Assembly: GCA_963776345.1 (NCBI GenBank)
Contig: CAVZMH010000014.1
Coordinates: 64,001-128,000 of the forward strand
Length of the DNA stretch: 64,000 bases
Reading direction: 5' to 3'
Source of the DNA: an uncultured delta proteobacterium
GTDB lineage: Bacteria > Myxococcota > Myxococcia > Myxococcales > Myxococcaceae
Numbering within the stretch: position 1 is the stretch's first letter; every line of letters begins with the position of its first letter. Position numbers and translations under genes: made by a program. Under the pieces are notes generated by a model. That model worked only from the letters and a program-made list of their open reading frames with translations. It did no database searches and was not told the DNA's origin. This document shows, piece after piece, positions 8,213 to 16,847 of this stretch.

Positions 8213-11200
8213 TCAGCGCTCGGTGCGCCCGGCAGGGTTCTTCAGCGCGCCCTGCTTGATGGCCACCAGGTCGCGCGTCTGGAGCAGGTCCACCTGCCCC
8301 GCGAACCCGGCGAACGCCTCGTACTGCGCGACGGGGATCCGGGCCATGTCGAGCCGGTACCGCTCCTCGACGCGGAACACCTCGCCCTCCACCTCGTCGC
8401 GGGTGAAGAGGCCGAAGGGGCTCTCCAGCTTGCCGCCCTTGAGCGGATCGTCGACGTGCCACCCCCGCGGCAGCCGCAGCGCGACGTGGCTGACGTTCGA
8501 CTCGGTCGAGTCGATGAACAGCGGCGAGCGGCGCGTCCCCAAGGTCACGTACCGGCGACCCACCTGCGCCGGGTAGGTGAGCGGCCCGAGCGTCATCCGG
8601 CCCTCGTCCACCCGGGCGAACCGCGGGGCGACGAAGTGGTAGCGGAGCGAGAGGGGCGCGCCCACCGCCCGCTTCACGTCCAGCCGGAGCTGCGAGAGCT
8701 GCGCGCCGCCGAAGTAGCGCGAGAGCGCCTGCTGCAGCGCCTGGTCCCGCTGCTCGCTGGACACGCCCTCCAGCGTCTCGGCGAGCTGCGCCGCCTCGAA
8801 GCCGCTGTACACCTCCAGCACGTCGCCGCTGAGCGTCCCGTCCTCGGCCAGCGCGAGGTCGAGCGTCACCTCGCGGCCGCCGGACGATTTCTGCGCCGGC
8901 GTCTTCAGGGCGACGAGCGGCCGGCCGGGCTCGGGGAGGAGGTACGCCTCGCGCCCGTTCGTCGCCTGCTCCGGCAGGAGCCCGAACGGTCCGTAGCGGA
9001 TGACCGTGTCCAGCCACACCGGCTCGTGGCCTGGAACGTCGACCCGGAGGCACACGTAGGGGAAGAGCGCCTCGTTGGGGAAGCGGTACGGGCTCGGGTC
9101 CGTGGCGAAGGTCCGCACCATCGCCAGGCGCGCGGGGAATCCCTCCGCCTCGAGCGCCGCCTTGAGCAGCCACAGCCGGCTCCCCCGGTCCTGCGCCAGG
9201 GTGGATGCCGCGCTGAGACCGAGGCCCGCGTCGCGCCCCGGGATGCGATCCATCACCGCGGCGTGCAGCGCGCGAACGGCGTCCAGGCCGGACTTACCCG
9301 CCGCCGCGGCCCGGGCGAACGCCTCCACCTCGAAGGTGCGCTGGGCCCGGGCGGCCAGCGCGTCGCCGGTGGCGGTGAGGAGCCCGCTGGCGCCGGTGTC
9401 GCCCGCGCCGACGACGACGAAGGGGAGCTCCTCGGTCCCGGACGGCGGGGCGTTCGGCTCGGGGACCAACGCCGGCGCGCGGTGCACCTCCACCCGGACG
9501 ATGTCCCGCTCGCCCTCGGTCTTGACCGGCGGCGCGGGCATGTTGTGCGCGTCCACCGTCATCCCCGATCCGCGCGGGGCGACGACCGCGTAGGTCGCCC
9601 AGTCGTCCGCCACCCCGCCCACCTGGAAGTAGAAGGCGCCCGCGGTCCACCCCGGGCTCGCCGCGCGGCGCGACGGATGGGAGAGCAGATATTCGAAGTC
9701 CACCGAGTCGCCCACGCCCACCCCGGGGAGGCTGACGGTCTCCTTGTCCAGGCTCTCGGGCTCGAGCGCCGTCCCGTCCGCCTTGAGCGTGCGCAGCGCC
9801 AGCACCTGCGCGCCCTGCGGCACCTGCACCTCGGCCACGCGGGCCACCGCGCTCTGGTCCAGCGCCCTCTCCACGGTGTGGATCCGGTCCACCATCGAGC
9901 CGTCCGCGTAGGCGCGGGTGGCCGCGGCGTCGACCACCAGAACGCTCGAGCCTTCGACGTTGCTCCCCCGCGCGTCGAAGGCCTTGAGCGCCGCCCGGGC
10001 GTCGATGGCGAACTCGGCGAGGAGCTCCTTCCCCGTGCGGGCGCGCTCCACCATCCGCCGCAACGCGAGGTCCGAGCCGTCCAGGGCCAGCGCCTGCTCC
10101 CGGGCGGCGAGCGCCTCGGCGTCGTGCTTGCCGAGCGCGAGCGTGTCTCCGAGGCGCCTCCACAGCGCCGGGTCGCGCGGGCGCAGGGCGGTGAGGCCGC
10201 GGAGCAGCGCCGCCGCCTCGTCCGTCCGCCGGAGCGAGACCAGGAGGTCCGCCTCCTGGGCGCCGAAGGAGACGTCACCCGGCAGCCGGGCGCGGAGGCG
10301 CCGCATCTCGCTCAGCGCCCGGTCGAGCTTGCCGCGGAACTTCCAGTGGTTCACTCGCCGGAGCTGCTCGCCGGGGCAGGTGGAGATGGCGTCGAGCAGC
10401 CCATCGGTGGTGGCCACCGCGTCGCGTCGCCGGGCGACGTCGTAGCGGACCAGGAGCGCCTCGCACAGCCCGGGCACGCGCTCCAGGCTCTGCCGGGCCA
10501 GCGTGTCGGCCTGGGCGTCCACGCCCTGCGCGAGCGCGATGCGGGACTCGAGCCCCAGCACTGGCGTGCCCACCGGGGAGTGCGCCGCGCGCGCCCGGGC
10601 CGCCAGCGCCACCGCCTGGTCCACCCGCTGGTCGTTGACCGCGAGGAAGCCCCGGGAGAGGAGCGCACCCACGTTGCCCGGGTCCCGCTCCACCGCGACC
10701 TCGAGGTCCCGCGTGGCGCGTCCCTGGCCCACCTTGGTGGGAAGGCTCCGGTCGCGGAGCGCGAGCTCGGCGGAGAGCACGTTCCACGCCGCGGAGGCCG
10801 GGAGCGGCCCGAGCTCGGAGAGGAGGCGCCGGGAGCCGTCCACGTCCCGTCCCTCGCCGTCCCGCGCGGCGAGGAAGGTGGCCAGCGAGCGGCCCGCCTC
10901 CTTCTCCAGCGCCGCCTCCAGGCTCGCCGCGTCCGGGTAGAAGCCGGGCGCATCCTCCACCTTCACCCCGTCCCAGCGCGGCGCCGGTCCCCGCGCGGCG
11001 GAGAAGCGCACGCTCGAGGGCTGCCCATCGGCGCGGGAGACGGTGAAGACCAGCGAGCCGGTCCGCTCCTCCTTCAGCAGCACGGCCATCAGCCGGTGCA
11101 CGCCGGGCTCGAGCCGGACGGCGCGGGCGGCGGTGGTGGAGTCCGGCCGCTCGTAGGTCCGCCGCTCGTCGAGCAGGGCGCCGTCGAGCAGCATCCGGTG

Positions 11201-11995
11201 GGTGCTCGGGCTGATGGCGCGGACCACGTACAGCGCCGCGGTCGGCACCTCCACGTCCACTGCCATCACGTAGAGGTCGCCGACCAGCCCCTCGGCCTCG
11301 AGCGACAGCCGTCCCCCGGGGATGCCCAGCACCCGTGGCGTGACCGCGCCGAGCGGGCCGGTCAGCGAGTCGGGGATTGCGCCGGTGCGCTCGGGCTCAC
11401 TTCGCTCGCCGAAGCCGAGGAGGTGGAGCGCCGAGAGCGGTCCGAGCAGCGTGGCCTCCGAGGGGACTCCGGCGGCGGCCCGGGTCTCGGCGAGCTCGGG
11501 CCGGTCGTGGAGAAACTGGAGCTGGGTCAGCGCGGAGCGCAGGAGCACTGCCGTCTCGCCGCCGGCGCCCGCGGCCAGCGCCCGGGGCGCCTCGGCGAGG
11601 ATGCGCGCGTCGAGCGAGGCGGCCAGCCCGGCCGCGTCCTGGATCTCGCGCGCCGCCGCCGCCGCCAGCGGATGCCTCGGGGCCGCCTGGACCAGCCGGA
11701 GCGCGGCGTCGAGCGCTGCCTCCGGCTGCCCGTCGCGGCGGGCGAGCACGCCCTGGAGCGCCAGCGCGTAGGGCTCGGCCGGGTCACGACGGAGCGCGTC
11801 CTCGGCCAGCGTCCGGGCGCGCTCGGGCTGGTTCTCCACCAGCAGCGCGTGGAAGGCGGCGAGGGCCAAGGTGCGCGGCGGGGCGCCGGTGTCCCTCGCC
11901 CGCCCGGCGGCCTCGTCGAGCACGGTGGTGGGTGAGGGTGGGACGTGGGCGCAGGCGCACAGCGCGAGCACGAGGACGGGGAGGAGACGACGCAT
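8213..11995 (-). CDS. Large lipoprotein with TPR repeats and DUF3857/transglutaminase-like C-terminal region
   Basis: Lipobox-like LALCAC, helical TPR-like repeats, VSLPGVGVGDSVDFEY (DUF3857-like) and VWLD motif. Confidence 0.75.
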   Translation of the reverse strand: MRRLLPVLVLALCACAHVPPSPTTVLDEAAGRARDTGAPPRTLALAAFHALLVENQPERARTLAEDALRRDPAEPYALALQGVLARRDGQPEAALDAALRLVQAAPRHPLAAAAAREIQDAAGLAASLDARILAEAPRALAAGAGGETAVLLRSALTQLQFLHDRPELAETRAAAGVPSEATLLGPLSALHLLGFGERSEPERTGAIPDSLTGPLGAVTPRVLGIPGGRLSLEAEGLVGDLYVMAVDVEVPTAALYVVRAISPSTHRMLLDGALLDERRTYERPDSTTAARAVRLEPGVHRLMAVLLKEERTGSLVFTVSRADGQPSSVRFSAARGPAPRWDGVKVEDAPGFYPDAASLEAALEKEAGRSLATFLAARDGEGRDVDGSRRLLSELGPLPASAAWNVLSAELALRDRSLPTKVGQGRATRDLEVAVERDPGNVGALLSRGFLAVNDQRVDQAVALAARARAAHSPVGTPVLGLESRIALAQGVDAQADTLARQSLERVPGLCEALLVRYDVARRRDAVATTDGLLDAISTCPGEQLRRVNHWKFRGKLDRALSEMRRLRARLPGDVSFGAQEADLLVSLRRTDEAAALLRGLTALRPRDPALWRRLGDTLALGKHDAEALAAREQALALDGSDLALRRMVERARTGKELLAEFAIDARAALKAFDARGSNVEGSSVLVVDAAATRAYADGSMVDRIHTVERALDQSAVARVAEVQVPQGAQVLALRTLKADGTALEPESLDKETVSLPGVGVGDSVDFEYLLSHPSRRAASPGWTAGAFYFQVGGVADDWATYAVVAPRGSGMTVDAHNMPAPPVKTEGERDIVRVEVHRAPALVPEPNAPPSGTEELPFVVVGAGDTGASGLLTATGDALAARAQRTFEVEAFARAAAAGKSGLDAVRALHAAVMDRIPGRDAGLGLSAASTLAQDRGSRLWLLKAALEAEGFPARLAMVRTFATDPSPYRFPNEALFPYVCLRVDVPGHEPVWLDTVIRYGPFGLLPEQATNGREAYLLPEPGRPLVALKTPAQKSSGGREVTLDLALAEDGTLSGDVLEVYSGFEAAQLAETLEGVSSEQRDQALQQALSRYFGGAQLSQLRLDVKRAVGAPLSLRYHFVAPRFARVDEGRMTLGPLTYPAQVGRRYVTLGTRRSPLFIDSTESNVSHVALRLPRGWHVDDPLKGGKLESPFGLFTRDEVEGEVFRVEERYRLDMARIPVAQYEAFAGFAGQVDLLQTRDLVAIKQGALKNPAGRTER

Positions 11996-12028
11996 GGTTG
12001 GGCTTGGTGCTCGGGCGGACGCCCGCGG

Positions 12029-13879
12029 TCACTTCTTGGCGTGGCGTGTGGTGGGTGCCGGGGTGCGCAGGGTCGCGGGCTTCTTGTCCGTCGTGCTCTT
12101 GCGCTTGGTGATTCCCTTGGCACCCGTCTTCGACTTCGAGGAGGAAGGCTCGGTGAGCACCATCGGCTCCGGGAGGTCCGGCGGCTCCCGGCCGACCTCG
12201 TAACCCACCTGCCGGAACGTGCACTCGCCGTCGATGCAGCCGAGGGCGGGCGTGGGCGGCGCGCCGAAGCTGTTGCGCCAGTCGGTGCCCAGATAGAGCG
12301 GCTCGCCGACCGGGCGCTGGTCCACGTCGGTGCCGACGAAGGCCTGGAGCTGCCCGGCGCGATCCACCTCCAGCTTCACGTGGGCGGCGCCGCCGGGCGG
12401 GCTCGGGGGGCCGAGCATGGTGCCCCGGCGCTCGCCGAGCGCCCACTCGAACGCCACCGGCTCGCCGGCGCCGGAGACGACGACCGCCACGTACCGGCCC
12501 GGGCTGCCGAGCAGCACCAGCGCCGACTGGGGCTCGCGGCCGACCCCGAGGAGCTGCTCGCGGAGTCCGGCCCAGAACGACGACGGCGGGGCGCTGGAGG
12601 TCACGTCGGCGATGAAGTGGGCCGAGATGCCGTCGCGGTCCACCAGGTCCAGGTTGAGCCGTCCCACGCTGACGTCGTCGGCGCTGGCGGGGAAGCGGAC
12701 CGTGCGGCCCTCGAGCCCGGGGATGCGGCCCCAGGCGATGAGGGGGATGGCGTCCGGGCCCTCTCCGAGCACCATGCGGCGCACGTTGCTGGTGTCGGCG
12801 ATGCGGCCGGGGGAGGTGGTGGCGGTCTCCAGCCGCAGCTCGGGCGCGGTGAGCGCGGTTCCCGGCGAGGGCCGCGCAGGCGGATGGTACCGGGAGCGGG
12901 CCCAGCTGATGCCCAGGATGGCGAAGGCCGCGACCACCACCGCCACCTCGGCGACCCGCATCGCCTTGCGCAGCACCGCCCGGACCTGGTTCTTCAGCTG
13001 CTCGACGCGGGAGATCTTCCGCGGCACCTGGCTGAACGACACCGGCGCGAACGGCTCGAGGTCGAGCATCAGGTCCATCACCCGCTGGTACCGGTCGGCG
13101 GGGGCGGGCTTCAGGCAGCGGAGGACGATGGCGTCGAGCCGCCGGTCGGTCCCCGGGCGGCGCTGGCTCGGGGGGTCGAAGGTGCCGATGGGGACCTCGC
13201 CCACCACCAGCTCGTAGAGCATCACCCCGAGCGAGTAGATGTCGGCGCGGTGGTCGGCGTTCTTCGCGTCGACCCGCTGCTCGGGCGCCATGTAGCTGAG
13301 CGTGCCCATCGAGACGTGGGTCTCGGTCACGTTGAAGCGGCCGGTGGCCTTGCTGTCGTCGAAGAAGGTGGCCAGCCCGAAGTCGGTCACCTTGGCGATG
13401 CCGCCGGCCTGCTCGTCGAAGAGGATGTTCTCCGGCTTGAGGTCGCGGTGGACCACCCCGCGGCTGTGCGCGTAGTCGATGGCCCGGGCGATCTCCATGA
13501 TGATCCGGAGCGCGCCGGGGATGTCGAGCAGGGGCGAGCGCATCACCTCGCGGAGCGAGGGCCCGTCCACGTACTCCATGACCAGGTAGTAGGTGCCGTC
13601 GGCCTTCCCCTTGTCGACGATGCTCACCACGTTGGGGTGGCTGAGCGTCGCCAGCGCCGCCGCCTCCTTGTCGAAGCGGGTGACGAAGGTGGGGTCCGCG
13701 GCCAGCTCGCCGGAGAGGATCTTCACCGCCACCACGCGGCCGAGGCTGAGCTGGACGGCCCGGTGGACCTCGCCCATCCCGCCCTTGCCCACCAGCTTCT
13801 CCAGCCGGTACCCGGGGATGTGCGGAGGGCCCGGCGCTGGCCGCGCGGGGGTCTGGGTGGCTTCGAGGGAGGCGGACAT
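12029..13879 (-). CDS. Membrane Ser/Thr protein kinase (Hanks type)
   Basis: GKGGMGEV, VAVK, HRDLKPEN, DFG, YMAPEQ, DIYSLG, then one TM segment. Start ATG 13879. Confidence 0.95.
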   Translation of the reverse strand: MSASLEATQTPARPAPGPPHIPGYRLEKLVGKGGMGEVHRAVQLSLGRVVAVKILSGELAADPTFVTRFDKEAAALATLSHPNVVSIVDKGKADGTYYLVMEYVDGPSLREVMRSPLLDIPGALRIIMEIARAIDYAHSRGVVHRDLKPENILFDEQAGGIAKVTDFGLATFFDDSKATGRFNVTETHVSMGTLSYMAPEQRVDAKNADHRADIYSLGVMLYELVVGEVPIGTFDPPSQRRPGTDRRLDAIVLRCLKPAPADRYQRVMDLMLDLEPFAPVSFSQVPRKISRVEQLKNQVRAVLRKAMRVAEVAVVVAAFAILGISWARSRYHPPARPSPGTALTAPELRLETATTSPGRIADTSNVRRMVLGEGPDAIPLIAWGRIPGLEGRTVRFPASADDVSVGRLNLDLVDRDGISAHFIADVTSSAPPSSFWAGLREQLLGVGREPQSALVLLGSPGRYVAVVVSGAGEPVAFEWALGERRGTMLGPPSPPGGAAHVKLEVDRAGQLQAFVGTDVDQRPVGEPLYLGTDWRNSFGAPPTPALGCIDGECTFRQVGYEVGREPPDLPEPMVLTEPSSSKSKTGAKGITKRKSTTDKKPATLRTPAPTTRHAKK

Positions 13880-13945
13880 CGCTGGGGACGAGAACGTCCA
13901 TCCGAGGCTACCCTTCGATGGAACACCCGGACAACCGGACGAGCC

Positions 13946-14623
13946 ATGGCAACCCCCCGGGAACGACTGCAGGAATTGCACGCCCAGCTGGCGGGTTGCC
14001 GCGCCTGCCCGCGGGTGGCGGGGACCCCGGTGCACCCTTCCCCACAACCGGCGCGGATCCTCCTGGTGGGTCAGGCGCCCGGGCCGCGGGAGGCCTCGCT
14101 GGGGAAGCCCTTCGCCTGGACTGCGGGACGGACGCTCTTCGGGTGGTTCGCCTCGGTGCTCGGGGCGGACGAGGAGACGGTGCGGCGCCACGTGTACCTG
14201 TCGGCGGTGACCCGGTGCTTCCCGGGCAAGGCGCCCGGAGGTGGAGATCGGCGGCCGGATCCGGACGAGGTGACGCGCTGCCGGCCCTGGCTGCGGGCCG
14301 AGGTGGAGCTGATGCGCCCGCGGCTGGTGGTGCCGGTGGGGACGCTGGCCATCTCCGAGGTGATGGGGCACCGGGGCGGGCTGGCGGAGGTGGTCGGAAC
14401 CTCGCACCGGCTGGTCTTCGAGGGGCACCGCGCGGACGTCATCCCGCTGCCGCACCCGTCGGGGGCGTCGACGTGGCACCGGACCGAGCCCGGGAAGTCG
14501 CTGCTCGGCAAGGCGCTCGGCCTGCTCGCGGCGCACCCGGAGGTCGCGCGGGTCTTCGCTGCGCGGGGCTCACTGTCAGGCCGCGGACCGCGGACCGGGG
14601 AACGCCAGGTCCGCCGCCGCTGA
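13946..14623 (+). CDS. Uracil-DNA glycosylase family protein (family 4/5-like, Cys-containing)
   Basis: CRAC, LLVGQAPG, RCFPG, LPHPSG motifs. Confidence 0.88.
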   Translation: MATPRERLQELHAQLAGCRACPRVAGTPVHPSPQPARILLVGQAPGPREASLGKPFAWTAGRTLFGWFASVLGADEETVRRHVYLSAVTRCFPGKAPGGGDRRPDPDEVTRCRPWLRAEVELMRPRLVVPVGTLAISEVMGHRGGLAEVVGTSHRLVFEGHRADVIPLPHPSGASTWHRTEPGKSLLGKALGLLAAHPEVARVFAARGSLSGRGPRTGERQVRRR

Positions 14624-14959
14624 CCCGCCGACCAGCGCATCGCCAGGCGTGAGCGCGACCAGGCGCTCGCCCAGCGCAGCGAGGCGTCGTGGGTTGACCT
14701 GGAGCACGGTCCATCGCCCACGCCTCAGCCGGACCACCAGGCCGGCCCGGTGGAGCACGGCGACGTGGTGAGAGACCAGAGCGTGGGGCTGGCCGAGCCG
14801 CGCCTCGAGATCGGAGAGGCACAGGCCCGGCTCACGCTCGCCGACGGGTCCAGCCCGCGGTCCGGGCGGCGAGGAGAGAAGCTGGAGGATGCGGAAGCGA
14901 ATCGGCTGGGCGAGGGCGCGGAGCGCGCCGAGCAGCGGCTCTCTGGGAGAGGGGTTCAC
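14576..14959 (-). CDS. ArsR/SmtB family transcriptional regulator
   Basis: LRALAQPIRFRILQLL, LCLSDL, VSHHVAVLHRAGLV, RGRW; AAGGAG before GTG 14959. Confidence 0.85.
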   Translation of the reverse strand: MNPSPREPLLGALRALAQPIRFRILQLLSSPPGPRAGPVGEREPGLCLSDLEARLGQPHALVSHHVAVLHRAGLVVRLRRGRWTVLQVNPRRLAALGERLVALTPGDALVGGSAAADLAFPGPRSAA

Positions 14960-15079
14960 GCTCCTTCGGACGCCGGTGGGGGACGAGCGGAGCACGGTCC
15001 GTTCGCACCAGTCGCACCGGGTACGGCCATAGAACGATCGTTCTAGGGGGCTTCCGGTGCGTGGTGCGGCTGACCTAGT

Positions 15080-15838
15080 GTGCTTCGTCGCGGGGGCCCC
15101 ACCGGGAGAGGGGAGCAGGACAGGGCTCTCCACGTGTGTTCGGTGGATTCGGCAACCGGATCGTCCTTCCTCTCAGAGATCGCCGCCCTGGCCTGCGATG
15201 CACCCGGGCGACACGCATTCCGGGAAGGGGTCCTCGATCGGCTGACCAGGACCCTCCAAGCGCCGGTCGCAGTCTTCGCCACAGTTCCCCCGCTCGACGA
15301 CGGGAACAGCGTCTCGGCCCGCAACGTGGGCAGGCGCTGGGTTCTCGAAAGGTGGCACCGCACCGCTGCTGATCTCTTGAGCCATCTCCGCCCGCCCCAC
15401 CGCTGTGTCGTTCTCTCGCCGCTCCAGGGAGCTTCGCTTCTTCCCGTGGAGGGCGTCCCGGTCTGTCTGGTCCGCGGCGGCGTCCGCGTTCCCTCGGTGC
15501 TGGCGCTGGCCCGGCCGCGCCCCTTCTCGCCCGAGGAGCTCACCTTCCTGGAAGTGCTGCAGCCGGTGCTCGAGCTCGGCGACGAGCGACAGCTGGAGGT
15601 GGGCGACACGGTGACGGTCCAGCTCTCCCCGCGAGAGCGGCAGATCTTCGAGTACCTGGTTCGCGGGTTTCGCAACGAGGACATCGCCCGCGCCCTCGGG
15701 ACCTCTCCGGCCACGGTCCGCAACCAGCTGGTCCGGCTGTACCGGAAGACCGGCGTGGCCACCCGGTCGGAGCTGGTCGGTCTCGCCACCTCCCGTCTGC
15801 TCGGGTCCGGGGCCGAGCGCAGCCGAGGTGCCGCGTGA
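15080..15838 (+). CDS. LuxR-family HTH regulator
   Basis: C-terminal LSPRERQIFEYLVRGFRNEDIARALGTSPATVRNQLVRLYRKTGVATRSEL. Start uncertain. Confidence 0.85.
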   Translation: MLRRGGPTGRGEQDRALHVCSVDSATGSSFLSEIAALACDAPGRHAFREGVLDRLTRTLQAPVAVFATVPPLDDGNSVSARNVGRRWVLERWHRTAADLLSHLRPPHRCVVLSPLQGASLLPVEGVPVCLVRGGVRVPSVLALARPRPFSPEELTFLEVLQPVLELGDERQLEVGDTVTVQLSPRERQIFEYLVRGFRNEDIARALGTSPATVRNQLVRLYRKTGVATRSELVGLATSRLLGSGAERSRGAA

Positions 15839-16671
15839 CCGGGCAACTGGGGAACCTGCCCGGGCCTCCCCGCCCCGCACCGGCGCCGGAGCTGATGAAG
15901 GAGATCACCCGGCTGGCGCTGGCCAGCAACTGCCGTTCGCAGTTCCGCTCCAGTGCGCTCCTGGCGCTCGGCGGCATGGTGCCCTTCGATCGCGGATGCT
16001 GGGAGGAGCTCCCACCGTCGGGGTCTCTCCGGGTGGTGGTGGCCGGACCGCTGAGCCGCGCCCTGCGCCCGCTCGCGGTCGGAGCCGCCCCTGCCGGGCT
16101 GCTGCGCCTGGAGCTGGAGCGGTTCGGCAAGGTCCGGGCGACGCTCATCCTGGAACTCGACGAGCGCGCCTTCCTCGATGAGGAGGTGGCCTTGCTCGGG
16201 GTGCTCCTGCCCACCCTCATCCTCGCCGACGAGGGAGCGGAGGCGGCGGCGCCCGCCGGCCCGGCGCGCACCCTGAGCCCCCGCGAGGCGGAGATCGTGG
16301 AGTACGTGCGGCTCGGCTACACCAACGCCCAGATCGCGCTGGCCACCGGGCGCTCGCTCGCGGCGGTGCGCAACCTCCTGGTCCGGATCTTCGACAAGAC
16401 GGGGGTGCGGTCCCGGGCCCAGCTGGTGACCGGGCCCTTGACCACCTCGGGGCTGACCCGGCGTGAGCGGCAGATCGTGGAGCACCTCCGCGCCGGGCTC
16501 ACCAACCGCGAGATCGGGCGCACCCTGGGCATCTCCGCGAACACCGTCCGCAACACCCTGGCCCGGCTGTTCGAGAAGGTGGGGGTGTCCACCCGCTCCG
16601 AGCTGATGGGCGCGCTGGCCGAGTCCGTGCCGTCCCCGGACCGGTCGCTGGGGCCCGGTACGGTCTGGTGA
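15835..16671 (+). CDS. Regulator with two tandem LuxR HTH domains
   Basis: LSPREAEIVEYVRLGYTNAQIA... and LTRRERQIVEHLRAGLTNREIG...; GTGA overlap with the upstream gene. Confidence 0.88.
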   Translation: MTGQLGNLPGPPRPAPAPELMKEITRLALASNCRSQFRSSALLALGGMVPFDRGCWEELPPSGSLRVVVAGPLSRALRPLAVGAAPAGLLRLELERFGKVRATLILELDERAFLDEEVALLGVLLPTLILADEGAEAAAPAGPARTLSPREAEIVEYVRLGYTNAQIALATGRSLAAVRNLLVRIFDKTGVRSRAQLVTGPLTTSGLTRRERQIVEHLRAGLTNREIGRTLGISANTVRNTLARLFEKVGVSTRSELMGALAESVPSPDRSLGPGTVW

Positions 16672-16847
16672 GCTGCCCGACCTTCCAGTAACGAATCACC
16701 GATCGTGAAATCTTCATCGTGGGAGGAGCCCCGCTCCCGCGAGGTCCGATCGGTGTCCGACGCGGACGTACCAGCCGCGTACCGGTCGGTCGCACCAGGG
16801 AAGTGCGGGTGACGCTCCGGTATCTCCTCCGCTCCAACGGAGGAGGG

